A stretch of DNA of 64,000 bases, taken from assembly GCA_951406725.2 (NCBI GenBank), contig OX597817.1, forward strand, positions 108,996,001-109,060,000, given 5' to 3'. Of this stretch, positions 26,535 through 40,790 are shown piece after piece (the stretch's first letter is position 1; each line of letters begins with the position of its first letter). The notes under the pieces were generated by a model. It saw nothing but the letters and a program-made list of their open reading frames with translations, had not been told where the DNA came from and searched no databases. The stretch is from Octopus vulgaris (taxonomy: Eukaryota). The position numbers and the translations under genes were made by a program.

Positions 26535-26830
26535 AGAAGTGTACAGTATTATATATTCAGCACGGCCGATCGTAACAATCGTACTAGACATTCAATAGAG
26601 CGTTAGGTAACAGTCCGATTATGTAACTCTGCGCGTGGAAGTTATGGAATGAAATATGGCGACTGTTTTCTATTGTTGGAGGTAAACAGACACCTACGGT
26701 CTGTGGTTGGTGTGCGAAACCGATTGCTAAGATCGGCTGTAATGGATATAAAATAATGTACATTTCAATTAATTTACTCACTCTATTGACAGATATACGA
26801 GCGTAATTTTTCCTGACCTATGGATTCTTA
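26535..26830. mobile_element. second inverted pair of the 14905-15620 PLE family
   Basis: 26715-26830 (gcgaaaccgattgctaagatcggc...gatatacga) is the plus copy; 26535-26685 (..atatggcgactgttttctattgttggagg) is the minus copy; embedded in (TA)n. Confidence 0.65.
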
Positions 26831-26837
26831 GATGGTG

Positions 26838-26912
<75 letters not shown>

Positions 26913-27181
26913 GTTTTTCTGTAACAGCAGTTTTACATTTTCCAGATGCCTTAGCTAGGCCGAAATAATGTCTTCACCACTTGACTCTTCTAGCCTATTC
27001 TACTTCACCAAAAGCTAGAATTTACATAACAAGATCATCAACTAAATCTATTGTTCTCAATGATATGTCTATCCTTCTGAATAACCGGTGGTGGGTTGCC
27101 ATCAAAAGAGCCATTCGACTTGAGTCTATTAGATTTAGCAAATAGTTAAGTCTAGAGCAGGCTAGGGTAGAAGGGTCTCTA

Positions 27182-27215
<34 letters not shown>

Positions 27216-27217
<2 letters not shown>

Positions 27218-27969
27218 CATGAGCAATGATGCATCTTTCCAAATGCATATTGCTAATCTGGTGATAAAATGCAGACGGCTAGCTGGATGGATTCTCCGAA
27301 CTTTCAGAACAAGAGAGAAGGAGACACTGATGGTCCTATGGAAAACATTTGTCCTCAGCCGCTTGGACTACTGCTCCCAACTTTGGTCACCACACAATAT
27401 AAAACAAACAGCAGAACTCGAAGCAACTCAGAGAAGCTACACAAAGAAAATCGTCTCAATGCAAAATGTCAGCTACTGGGAAAGACTGAAGGTATTAAAC
27501 CTCTTCTCCCTGGAGCGGAGGCGGGAGAGATATGCAGTGATATACATCTGGAAAATCCTGGAGGGTCTTGTCCCAAACTTTGGCATTCAAAGTTACTCCA
27601 ACCGCAGAACGGGGCGCCGCTGCGTGGTGCCAAGGATTCCAACATCACCATCAAAATACAGGTCCAGATACTGCAGCAGCTTGGGTTTCAGAGGACCACA
27701 GCTCTTTAACATCCTCCCTAAATGCCTGAGAGACTTACATGGTGTGGATGTGGGTTTCTTTAAAACTAAACTGGATCTCTTCTTGTCGTGAGTCCCAGAT
27801 GAACCTACCTCACGACAGGAGACACGGATGCGGGCAGCAGCATCGAACTCCCTTGTTGATCAAGTGCCACGTATCAGAGGTGGATTCACAAACTAGTGTA
27901 GCTCATTCAGCGGTGGTGCCCCAGCATGGCCGCGGCCTTCGGGCTAAAACATTTTTAAGGATTTTAAGG

Positions 27970-27973
<4 letters not shown>
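27216..27973 (+). mobile_element. 5'-truncated CR1-group LINE (RT C-terminal region, 3' UTR, tail)
   Basis: ORF 27219: [47 protein letters not shown]; tail (ttttaagga)n; inserted in (TA)n. Confidence 0.9.
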
Positions 27974-28022
<49 letters not shown>

Positions 28023-28052
28023 CATACGTACATACATACATACATGCATACA

Positions 28053-28086
<34 letters not shown>

Positions 28087-28108
28087 CGTACATACGTACA
28101 TACATACA

Positions 28109-28139
<31 letters not shown>

Positions 28140-28713
28140 TTTTCCTGCGTTTCCAGGTGCTGACCTATTGCTTCAAAGAAGCTCCATGGTGCAACTTTAA
28201 GTTAGTTCAAACATATTTGGCACATATTTATAGGTATATACACGCATATATAGTTAAACATTTAAATATACTGGGTGAAAAATGTTATACGTGCACTAAT
28301 ATATATAAATATCAGTATAAATACACGAGTTTCATTTGTAACATACACAATGCATTGCTCAGAAAACCAGCGTAAATCTGTTATATAAAGTATTCTACAT
28401 TTGATAATATTTTAATAAAGGATTGAATATTAATATTGCAACATTATGAATGCAATGGATTTTCACGTTATTGCCGCATTCGAGACATTCAAATAGACCT
28501 AATATCAATATTTCTCCCAGAAGTAGCATATATACGTAAAGATAATCAAATAAATAACTGCTAACGATTTTCTATTTCACACAGTATAGATACATATATT
28601 ATGTGGGTGCAATATATTTACTTACGTAACAGGAAACATATTTTAATTAAGTCCGATTCCAGGTACTGAGCACGAACGTAACATTAGCATCCATAATTCG
28701 ACATGATATATCA

Positions 28714-28715
<2 letters not shown>

Positions 28716-28785
<70 letters not shown>

Positions 28786-28792
28786 ATGTATG

Positions 28793-28887
<95 letters not shown>

Positions 28888-28972
28888 ATATATATATATG
28901 TATGTATGTATGTATATATATATATATGTGTGTGTGTATGTATATATATATATATGTGTGTGTGTGTATAAA

Positions 28973-29034
<62 letters not shown>
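28716..29034. repeat. long (TA)n/(TATG)n microsatellite
   Basis: Direct reading. Confidence 0.97.
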
Positions 29035-29035
<1 letters not shown>

Positions 29036-29554
29036 CAAGGTTTCGTTGAAGTTATACCCAAATTTACAACTATCACTAACAGTAATTTAGTAAGTAGATT
29101 CCTAGAGGTGATATTTGAAACAATCTCAATGTTGAGTCAGAAACATGGTGGAACTTAGCCGACTATAACGATGCCTATACGTGACAGATATTATATTTTA
29201 TCGAGTCGTATGGAATGAAAGGCGTTGATGACCTGAACAGGATTTGAATTTAGAGCACAAAATGCTTAACGCTCTCATGATTCCACCAAACGAATTAGAA
29301 TAGGGGTCATAATACTTAAATTGCATTTTTTTGGCACGTGGTTGGTCATGCAATTGATAATATATTTGATCGGACCAAAAGAATTACACAATTCAATAAG
29401 CTACTCATCAAAACACCTAACCACGTCCGTTAGCAATAAAAAAAAAGTGGCCAAGTCAAATATTACACGCTATTATTTTAAAAATAACAAATGCTTGAAG
29501 TACTGTGAGAGCATCGGAGAAAATGCCTCACATTAATTCTTACTTGTATTTCAG

Positions 29555-29692
29555 TACTAGGGTCAAATCCCGCTGGTAGTCAAATTAGCTTCTCATCCTT
29601 CCAGGGTCAACGAAATAGAGTAGCAAACACGTCAATGCCACCGCCGGCGCTCCCCAAATTTTCAGGTTTGTGATGCCTTTATTAGAGAAAAT
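29555..29692 (+). mobile_element. degenerate SINE fragment (family of 46943)
   Basis: ggtcaaatcccgctgg..cttctcatccttccagggtcaacgaaa..ccccaaattttcaggtttgtg. Confidence 0.5.
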
Positions 29693-29760
29693 TATTTCAG
29701 ATTTGTCAATTAGTACTGTAAAGCAATGGCATCTGCACGAAAACTATAACACCTATAACG

Positions 29761-29801
<41 letters not shown>

Positions 29802-29854
29802 GTATCATACCTACCAGCCTATCTACATTCATATATACGCACGTACATATGTGT

Positions 29855-29888
<34 letters not shown>

Positions 29889-30194
29889 GTATACTTATGC
29901 ATGTACATGCATCATATGCGGATATAATTTATTTATATTCTTATGTACATACGCACTCATACATATTTACATATATTTGTATGTGTGCATGTATGTGTGC
30001 ATGTATATGTGTATATATGTATGCATGTTCTTTTCTTATCCTTGTTTCAGTCATGTGTCTGCCATATGAATACATCCATATAAATAAAGAACCAGATAGA
30101 CAAACAGACGGACAGACAGGCACACGGGCGGACAGACAGATGGACTGAAAAAACGGAATGACAGTCGGACATAGGGCCGAACAGAGGGATGGAA

Positions 30195-30609
<415 letters not shown>

Positions 30610-31142
30610 CAGCGTCTACATACATGGTATTGGTGTGTACTGATGAGTACGTATGCATGTACCTGTCCCTCTTAGCTTATTCATTCTTTTCGTCATTCCA
30701 TACAGAAGAAATATGGCTCAATAAAACGTAAATCAATAATTCACTCACTGAACTTATCTGCTATGAAAACTTGTTCCATCAGCTAGCTCCGTCTTATAGA
30801 AAGCCAAATGCAAGGACACAAATCCTGGAAAACAGAGTGCTGGCGGCTATATTCAGGGAATATTTAGGGAGTACAAAATATTAGTTCGTATTATTATTCT
30901 ACATATATAGTCACTTAATTTACACACTAACACCTCTATGTATATTTGTAAGTTAATATATGTATATGCATATGTGTGTGTGTGTGTGTGTGTTGTCGCG
31001 CGCGCATGTATTTATGTATATATGTAGCTGTGCGTGTGTATCTGTGTCTTTGTCTATGTGTGTGCGTACGTGTGTGTTTGTGTGTGTTTTTGTGTTTGTG
31101 TGTGTTTTTGTGTTTGTGTGAGAGCATGTATGTACATATTAT

Positions 31143-31385
31143 GTCAGGTCGCACTTACGTTATTGGTATGGTAACATGTTACTCAGTATGACCTGTTGCA
31201 GGTCGTCGGAGATTAAACCGGCAAACCCACTAACATTGCTCGATAAAAAGAGTGGTCGTTGAACATCCAGCGGGTAGATAAACAAAAGCTGTCGAAGGGT
31301 GGATGTAAACAAGAGAGTCATCCACCATCCACAATAGTCAATGAGGACTAGTAATGCTACCAGCTGACATTGTATTGCACACAAA
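31143..31385 (+). mobile_element. 5' part of the 7828 RTE-like family
   Basis: gtcaggtc..ggtaacatgttactcagta..gtcgtcggagattaaaccggcaaaccc. Confidence 0.6.
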
Positions 31386-32635
31386 AATTATCAGATAATG
31401 CTATAGTTTTGTTTACGACCGACTGATGATAATATAATAAAAAAAATATTAATTATTAGTGCTTGTATTTATGCGTATGCACATACATACACGCTAGTAA
31501 CCATACCTCCACCCACGCTAAACGTGCGATAAATTGGTTTTGAAAACTGTTGGAAGTCTTCAGTTGATTTAAATATGTCAAATAAATCAGAATATTTACA
31601 TTCCAGCATTCGACTATATTCTTAAACACACAAAACATTACGAAATTTTCCTCGTGCATTTCTTTTGTAGTATCAGAAATCATGCTTTGCTTTATTCAAA
31701 ATACCGTAGTAATTTACACAGGTTTTCTAAATGCAGTGTTTTACAGTCAGCAACTTTTATACATCTGTTGTTACAATGTGGTTCCGGTATAGAATGTCAT
31801 GAAATAAAAGTGAACAACTTGCAGAAAGATCACAGCGCATGTGACATTTCACCACTCGTAGTAAAGACAATCTATCTCGGAGAAAGAAATCTCTGAAATA
31901 AAAATCTTCCACAAGGGCTTATCAGATGAAGTTATAGTTTCGTCCACGAGCGACTCATAATAAAATAAAATTCAAACGTTTCAGCTCCCCACTACATACA
32001 CACATTTACTGTATAGCATGTATACTATCTTTGTATATGTATATATATGTATTAGTATATAATTAGAATGTTCTATAACATCAATATTCCTTTAGCTAAT
32101 ACCAGGTATCAGTCTTTATTGATAATAGCTAAATAAGTAAATAAATAATTTTTAGTTTAGGATACTTAAATTATTATACATTTTCTATAAATTTTCTCTT
32201 TTTCTGCTCCTTGTTCTTTTGGCCTTAGACTTACAAAGATTTGAAAAACTAGTCTATAAATTAAAACTAACCCCATAAAACAGTGACAAGCAAAATCTGT
32301 TACAAGTCTTTCTTCCTGATACATTAGTAGCTTCTATGCCGAAGTAAAAACAGCATATTCTTTGTCTGTCACTTTACCTTTGGAGATTTTAGGTAAAACT
32401 ATACTAATGTGTCCATCTGTTTTAATTTAATTAAATTCTATGTCTTTATGCAGCTGAGGATTGCTCTGCATTTAAATTGATGTAATGACTGCATTGTTCA
32501 ATTAAATGGAGTTGCTTGAAACGATCGTACTGCATTACCTTGTTGCTTATTTTGATTTTAATCACCTTATTTTGAAATTGTATGGATAATGCCGTACTAA
32601 ATTTCTGGTGCCTCAACTTAAGTACCATATTCATC

Positions 32636-32667
<32 letters not shown>

Positions 32668-32668
32668 C

Positions 32669-33508
32669 TGTCTATGTTCGGATTGTCTTTGCACAGACGC
32701 CATCCAGACACATGCCTTCCCCCTGAAGAGGATTTAATATTCTCTCTTCTTTCCTTTGCGCCACATGAGCTCAAACATGCACGTTTCTTCATCTGACCCC
32801 TCCTCTTCTCTCTTCATCTGATACCTACTTCCTCTTTTCACTCCTACCCACATTATCTATTCCTTGATACCAACCCCACACTCCCCACGCTCACTCTACT
32901 CCACACATCCAACAGCCACACATCCAACACCCACACACCCTGTCCCTAACAGCACACCTCCACCCCACTACCACATTCCCACCCTTACATCCCCACCCTC
33001 ACATCCCCATCCCCACCCTCACATCCCCATCCCCACATCCCCAACCCCATATCCTCCCTCACATCCCCACCCTCACACATTCCAACCCCAGACCCTACAT
33101 CACCACACCACCCCCACTCACTCCGCACACACTAGCACTGACCAATTCCCAGCACCCAAACCACACACCATCTTCCACACACCCACACGTTACAGACGCA
33201 CACGCATACATCCACACACACACACACATTCACACAGACACACACTCTCACGAATGCCTTTGTGACGGATCGCCCCTTTCAACCTTTTCTGTCAAATCTT
33301 TTTCCCAACCAGTCGCCATATTTGATCCCTAAATCCATTTGTTTTTTTTATAAATTCTCTCTGTTTATTTTCTCTTATTCCTTTCTTTCGAAGAGCGTAG
33401 ACTTGAAACATAAAAGACTTTCTCATTTTTCCCGAGCGTCAAACTAACACACCTGCTGTCTATTTATACACCTGTCTTCGTCTTTTGTTTTCCTGTAAAT
33501 TTCAACTA
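32669..33508 (+). mobile_element. Penelope-like element 3' remnant
   Basis: EEDLIFSLLSFAPHELK resembles the E-x2-LI-x2-L-x3-P-x-GLN end of PLE GIY-YIG domains; C-rich spacer; decayed hammerhead gaagagcgtagacttgaaac at ~33390; terminus homologous to 42341-42495 (minus). Confidence 0.6.
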
Positions 33509-33540
33509 CACACACACACACATATATGTATATATATATA

Positions 33541-33651
<111 letters not shown>

Positions 33652-34112
33652 TTGAAACTGTATAGATTTACATTTTAATCAAGACAAAATGAATAACAGA
33701 AGTTATTGATATCATTTTCAAACGTGACAAAACTTGTTTATGTTGAAAGGTTTGTGCTGGTTCGACGTAATGAAACTTAGACGCTTAATTTGATAACGGT
33801 ATGTGTCGTCTAATAGCAGGTGTTGAATGATAAATTATGACACAATGAAGACATATATCACATTTAATACATAGATATATGCTAGAGTGAAACATCTATG
33901 ATTATTTCATATTTAATTTTTCTTTTTCATATTATAATTTGTAATTAAACATATTGCCAATGTAGCATTATTTACTTAATGCTTATAACATTCTTTGATA
34001 CTCAGGAGAATCGTGAATGGTTATTCACATATGATTATACACTATGCAGGTGAGAAAAAGTATGTATTACAAATCGGGGGTTCTCTCTATCTGTGCCTCC
34101 CTCTGCCTTTAA

Positions 34113-34164
<52 letters not shown>

Positions 34165-35260
34165 TTCTCTTTTTCTTTTGTTTCTCTTTCTCTAGCTCTT
34201 TCTCTTTTACTCTCTCTCTTTTACTCACTCATTCACTCACTGTCGTTTACTCCAACACCTTATAAAGAAGTAATGAAATATAATTTGGATTTGCCCTTGT
34301 AACGAGGTACAATTCTATTTCAAGCTTCCTTTTTCCATATATTTGTCTACATCAAATCAGTTGTACAGTGTTTTGAAATTGCAAATGCAACATTAAGTAT
34401 CTGATCAGCGGTGTAAGGAAACGCTTCTTCCACATATGAAGTCAAAATCTATTTGCTGTAAATGGAATAAATTATCCCTTCGGTCACTTAACTTCAGACA
34501 ATAATCAGTGCTCTAGATTAGGATGTTTAGGCGACTAATCATAACTTGTTCATGCACTAAACGTTATCTATAAATAACTCAGAGGCCATCAGCATGAGAA
34601 ACACTTGCTAATTCAGTATTATTACATTGCATGCATGTGTATTTAAGATCTAAGTTGAAAAATTATGCAGTGAAGAGAAAACATTATTAGTGCTTGACAA
34701 ATGTTATTTTAATTATTTGGCAAGTACTGAAAAGACTTTTATACATGTTTTTTTTATTATGACTGTGACACCTAGGTTTCCTTATTTTCTATGTATTCTC
34801 TGGTCACATTTATTTTTCTACGCCACTCTGTATACCATCTTGTACATACAGTCAATTATATATTGCCTTTGCTACGAAAGCTTTGCTTAGCAGACTTGGT
34901 AATCATAATTTCCTGTATTAGCATGAAGTTGTCTTTCGTATTTTCTGAAAAAAAAAAACGTAATTTTTTCAAACTAATATCTGTTGGGTATTAATTTTTC
35001 TTTCTTTTTTATCCTCTGAATCATTTCTTGTTAGCTTTGAAATTATTCCTGCATTAAATAGTTTAACACTAAATTAACTGTTATTTTCAATGTCGATAGT
35101 GTCGCTGTATAATCTGTTACCTAATAAGCTTTCATAATCGAAAATCAATGCGCATTCATCATGTTGCAAGTATAAATGCACAGCTTATCAATATCAAATC
35201 CTACACGTGAACTACTGATTCACTACACATGGGTATTCATTTTAAAGTAATCTGGACATA

Positions 35261-35431
35261 GGATCAGGTGTGGTTGCGTGGTAAGGAGCTTACTTCCTAG
35301 TCCCATCGTTGCGGGATCAGAATCACTGCGTGGCACCTTGGGCAAGTGTCTTCTACTAAATCCTCGGTTCGACCAAACCCTTGTGAGTGGATTTCCTAGA
35401 CGGAAACTGAAATAAGTCCGACGTATATTTA

Positions 35432-35462
<31 letters not shown>

Positions 35463-35677
35463 CTTTGTATCTATATTTGTTCTCCATCACCACTTGATAA
35501 CCGGTGTTGTCATGTTTACGTCCCCTTAACATTGCGGTTTGGGAAAAGAGACCTATAGAATAAGCACAAGGGTTTTAAAAAGGTACTAACGTCGATTCAT
35601 TCTACTAAGAAATCTTGAAGATGGTGCCCCGACTTAGCCATAATTTAATGGCTAAAACAAGTAAAAGGTAAGAGATA
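35261..35677 (+). mobile_element. full-length tRNA-derived SINE with internal (TG)n
   Basis: tRNA-like head, cactgcgtggcaccttgggcaagtgtcttctac body, tail gatggtgcccc..aaacaagtaaaag. Confidence 0.85.
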
Positions 35678-36071
35678 AGCGAAATTCAAAATGTATTTTA
35701 GCACTCATTGAAGGATGATTAAGCGTTACTAAATAGTGTTAATGTCTCTAAGAATGTGTTGTACATCGGATATATGATTTTGTCATTATTTTCTAACCTG
35801 GAATATCTCATGTAATATGTTGTATCATCAATAAGTCAAAATGGTGGAATATGCTCTGATAAAAACAATTTTATTCAGGTGTGTCATTTGTAGAATGTTT
35901 ACTTTCCGATACGGTAGTTGTGATAGAGGCTTATTTAGACGATAATTGTGGAAGTTATTCTTATGATTATTTCTGAGAGAGAATACACTCCTTAGTAATG
36001 GGTTTAGATTATTTCAAAATGAGAACAGTATGGTACAATATAAGGTGAATGTGTGTGTATCTATATATTAT

Positions 36072-36400
36072 GTCAGGTCACTTACGTTACTGGTAACATG
36101 TTACTCAGTACAGCCTGGTACATGGTCGAGTCGTCGGTGATAAAACCGGCAAACCCAAAACGTTGCCGGTAAGGAGGATGATCTTTGAATACCAAGCGGA
36201 TGGTAAAACAGCACCTGTCAAAGGACAGGGGGAAACAGGAGTGTCAGCGGCCATCCGCTATAGTTGAATTGGGCAAACCTCGGACAGATCTGTCTACGAA
36301 CACTTCCGAACCAGTAGAGCTAGTCTCGAATCGTGAGATAACTCCAGGGACATTTCCAGGCCAGGTATTGAACTATACCCCCATCTAGGCTAAACTTGCA
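36072..36400 (+). mobile_element. 5' part of the 7828 RTE-like family
   Basis: gtcaggtcactt..ggtaacatgttactcagtaca..gtcgtcggtgataaaaccggcaa. Confidence 0.6.
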
Positions 36401-38273
36401 ATTAATTGATTTTGGAAAGTGCTGAAAGTCTTTAGTTAGTTTAGGTATGTGGAATCACGCAGACTTACCAAATTTTCTTCTTGCATTTTAAAAATTTAGT
36501 ATGAGAAAACATTGTTTACTTTAATCAGTTCATTCAGTATCAAACTATATTATATTAAAACAATCATCTAAATTACGATTGTCTATATCACTGTATTTTA
36601 GACAGTACGTAGGTATCAGAAATATTAAAATATATTACACAAGTGTTCAGTATTTACTCAAATTTATGTATTTTTGAAAAATGTATAACCATGTAATTTC
36701 CACAATAAAACAAAATTGCCTAATAATCAATATGAATCAATATGAATAAAACTTAAAACGAATAATTGTAATAATTTAATGCCTTCAGATTTTTCTGAAA
36801 CATATAACCAATAGGGTTTCTAAATGCATTTTTGGGGAAGGATCATTTACGAAGTGATTTCAACGCGCTTTAAAATGTGTAACTTAGATTAATGTGACTA
36901 TAAAACAGACAATTATTTTTAACATAAAAGAGACATTGTAACTGATTAATAATATATAGAACCAACTAATGAAATATCAATATAGCTCTGTATACGTCCA
37001 AATATTTATGATGCGTTAATTTCTAACATTTTAAACAATGCATGCTACAATAGCACGAACATAAAAAAATCAATGTCATTTATTTGTTGTTTCATTTTGT
37101 TTTCTCTTTGCGACGGTCAATCAGTATTTCGTCCTCTACGATTCAACGAGGAAACCATAGCAACTTTTGATCATAAAAGAAATGAGTGACGCTTGGTTAA
37201 ATCTTAAAACAGTACTGTATAGATTACGTTTTTCTATTTGTTTTCTTAGACTGTTTTAAAACTATTATGTATTATTTAGAATTACGCAAGATCGATAATT
37301 GACATTATTCATAATGTTTCTTCCCGTTAAGTTTTCTACTTGGCTTTCTTCATAGAACTTGGGTCGAATCCATGTTATGATAAGACAAGTTTCTGCAAGA
37401 TGCCATGCAAAGGGAAGGGATTCTTGGGACAGTTGTCTACGAAACGACCTTCTTAAGCACTCAACAATGTCTGCGTCCATGCATGTGTATCTATCCACGA
37501 ACTCATGTGTGTGTGTATGTATGTGTATGTGTGTGTGTGTGTGTGTGTTTGATCGCTTGTAATCACATTCTAAGTTGTCTATTACACGTACAATATCGAT
37601 TGAAGTATTTCCTAACCAGTTTTCCCGTTATTTAAACTTACTTCTGCTTTTCTACATTATTATTATGGGATTTCTAAATTCATTTAACTTCTAAATATCT
37701 ATATTTACCAACAGAGAGGTGATATTTTATTTTATTCCATATGATGTGATTCTTCAAATGCAAAAATTTATTAATAGAAACAGCGTTACAAATCATTTAT
37801 GACATTGATCCCTGGCATATTACCAGTAAATGTGTTGATAGCTATATTTGCAACTGTATGCTCAATAATGAGCAATTAGGTTTAGTCAATAAGATTAATA
37901 TTGTATTTTGTTTTAACATTTGTTGCCATGCGTGTTCCATCAAAACCATGAATGCCCTAATCGTTACAACAGAACATTTTAACAAATATTCAGTCAGAAA
38001 AACGTACTGCCATAAAATCTATCATCTACAAAATAAAAAAAAACATGTCATCATGCAGCATTTTATGTATAGAACGCAGCTAAATGTATGGCTATTAGCA
38101 AACATATTGCGACTAAAAAATAGCTAATCGAAAGACATGAAAAATATATAATGCAGCAAAAATATGTGTTGGTTTAAAAATATTTAATAGCTGTAGCTTA
38201 ACAGGAAGATATTTCAGCCGCATTGCATATTATATAATATATTATATTGCATTATGCTGTTAAATTATGTCAT

Positions 38274-38717
38274 TATATGCGGTGATATACATCTGGAAAA
38301 TCCTGGAGGGTCTTGTCCCAAACTTTGGCATTCAAAGTTACCCCAACCGCAGAACGGGGCGCCACTGCATGGTGCCAAATATTCCAACATCACCATCAAA
38401 ATACAGGTCCAGATACTGCAACAGCTTGGGTTTCAGAGGACCACAGCTCTTTAACATCCTCCCTAAATGCCTGAGAGACTTACATAGTGTGGATGTGGGT
38501 TTCTTTAAAACTAAACTGGTTTTCTTCTTGTCGTGAGTCCCAGATGAACCTACCTCACGCCAGTAGACGCAGATGCGGGCAGCAGCATCGAACTTCCTTG
38601 TTGATCCAGTGCCACGTATCAGAGGTGGATTCACATATTAGTGTAGCTTATTCAGCGGTGGTGCCCCAGCATGACCGCGGCTTTCGGGCTAAAACATTTT
38701 TAAGGATTTAAGGATTT
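38274..38717 (+). mobile_element. 5'-truncated CR1-group LINE, copy 2
   Basis: Highly similar to ~27530-27973 including the 3' tail. Confidence 0.9.
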
Positions 38718-38874
38718 ATATAATATCATAGTATACTGTATATTCGTTCCTGCTTTAATCTTTGTCCCTTGCTAAACTAAGAATAAACACATTTGCGTCG
38801 TTGTTGTTTAATTTCATACACTACATATTCACTGAGCATTCTTTTCACAAAATGACTTTGGGAAACAATGATGA

Positions 38875-39014
38875 TAATTAAGATTCTAGAAATCGAGCAT
38901 TTCATTATACACCATTTCTGCATATTACAAATGCGCTTTTGAATTATACTGCATTTATTGAGTTAATGGTAATTGGTAATTGATTTCATTTATATAGATC
39001 CATTTATATGAGAT
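38875..39014 (+). repeat. 140-bp direct repeat, copy 1 (copy 2 at 40518-40657)
   Basis: Identical by eye apart from cacc/cagc. Confidence 0.9.
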
Positions 39015-40402
39015 GTGTTCTTTATTCAGCTTGTTGACTGCTTTTGGGAATAGTTTGTGAGTTCCGAACTGTTGAATATAGAAATAATCCTTCAACGCAA
39101 CATTTCGCATGACATTTCACACATAGAACTTTATCGGAATAGAGTGTACTGCCCTGTTGTCCCATAAAATCAGACTGTCTTTGTTTCATTGGCCTATGGA
39201 TTGTAGAGAATACTGATGATTGAGATGAGTTCCCCTTCTCCTGTGGGGTTGGTTCCAACTGCAGCCAAGCGATACTTCTATCTTCTCTAGAAACGAAAAT
39301 TATTTCACTTAATAAAGAATTTATGTTGTATGGTATTTAATATGCCCTTGACTTTCTTGTTCAAGTTCAAGGAACCGGCCATTCTAGGTTATTTCTATTA
39401 GCATATTTCCGTTGCATTTATATAAATTATAAGTGCAATAAATATGTCCTATACTTTGTTATATGTTTAAGTGTCTCATGTGGACAATGTAAAACAACTG
39501 TTATGCAATTAATGCCAATTGAAACAGAAACAAATATCCACATTTCTTCTCTTATACCAAGACAATAAATCGGTCCTTACTTTAATAGCATATGAATTTT
39601 GGAGAAATCTTAATTCTCGCAATTATCTTTATCATCCGTTCTCATTTGGTGCTGGTACCAACTGCCACCAAACGACTGTTTTGTCTTCTTTGCAACCGAA
39701 AATAATTTCAATAATTCAAGCATTGTCTCGGATAGTATTTTCCATCTATACTTATTTGTCTTATTTCTTAAATACAAAACTCTGATCATTATGAGCTATT
39801 CCTTTTAATTGGTTTTCATATATTATATATACAGATGCGTGTGTGAGGGTGTGCGTGTGTGGGTCTGTGTTTTTGTGTGTGTGTACTTAGGTCACATTAT
39901 ATGGATTCAAGTAATCCGGTAGTACTCATAAAAATGTTCCTTAATTCAACAAAACATATACAATATATAGTACAATACAAGAGAAAACGATAAGGAGTGT
40001 ATAAAGTCGTAAATGGCAGAGAAATAATTGGATGAAACTTTAAAAATAAGAAAATTCTAGTACCATGACAAATTGTTTCGTAACTTAAAAACATGTAAAT
40101 TATTTATATTATATTCAGTAATAAAATACTTTACATTCCTATAACCGTTACATCGAGAATTTACTATTCAAAAAAGACTTTCTTTCACTTAAGGATGTAG
40201 CTTAAATTTTGCACTATTTAGAAGGACTTTTTGTATTTTGCATTAATGCAAGCGTGTTAGTAATTTATTTATTATTATATTTAATAATATACATTATTAA
40301 CATGTATTTAAGGTGCGAAAAAATTTGTCGTGATATTAAAATTTTCTTATTGTTAAATAAAATCTCATCAAATTATTTCTCTGTTATTTATTTATGACAA
40401 TA

Positions 40403-40403
<1 letters not shown>

Positions 40404-40468
<65 letters not shown>

Positions 40469-40503
40469 CATTATTATTAGAAGTAGTATTAGTATTATTA
40501 TTA
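40404..40503. repeat. (TAT)n microsatellite
   Basis: Direct reading. Confidence 0.95.
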
Positions 40504-40517
40504 ATAGTTAGAGAATG

Positions 40518-40657
40518 TAATTAAGATTCTAGAAATCGAGCATTTCATTATACAGCATTTCTGCATATTACAAATGCGCTTTTGAATTATACTGCATTTA
40601 TTGAGTTAATGGTAATTGGTAATTGATTTCATTTATATAGATCCATTTATATGAGAT
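40518..40657 (+). repeat. 140-bp direct repeat, copy 2
   Basis: See 38875-39014. Confidence 0.9.
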
Positions 40658-40723
40658 TATATAAATATGATATTATATAAATTCAAAAAAAATTCAATTT
40701 AGCACACTAAATCAAAATTCCCA

Positions 40724-40784
<61 letters not shown>

Positions 40785-40790
<6 letters not shown>

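Noticed and set aside
26940-26976. Possible hammerhead remnant (cagatg..cctt-agct-aggcc-gaaa)
   Set aside because: CUGANGA box and stem I not recoverable
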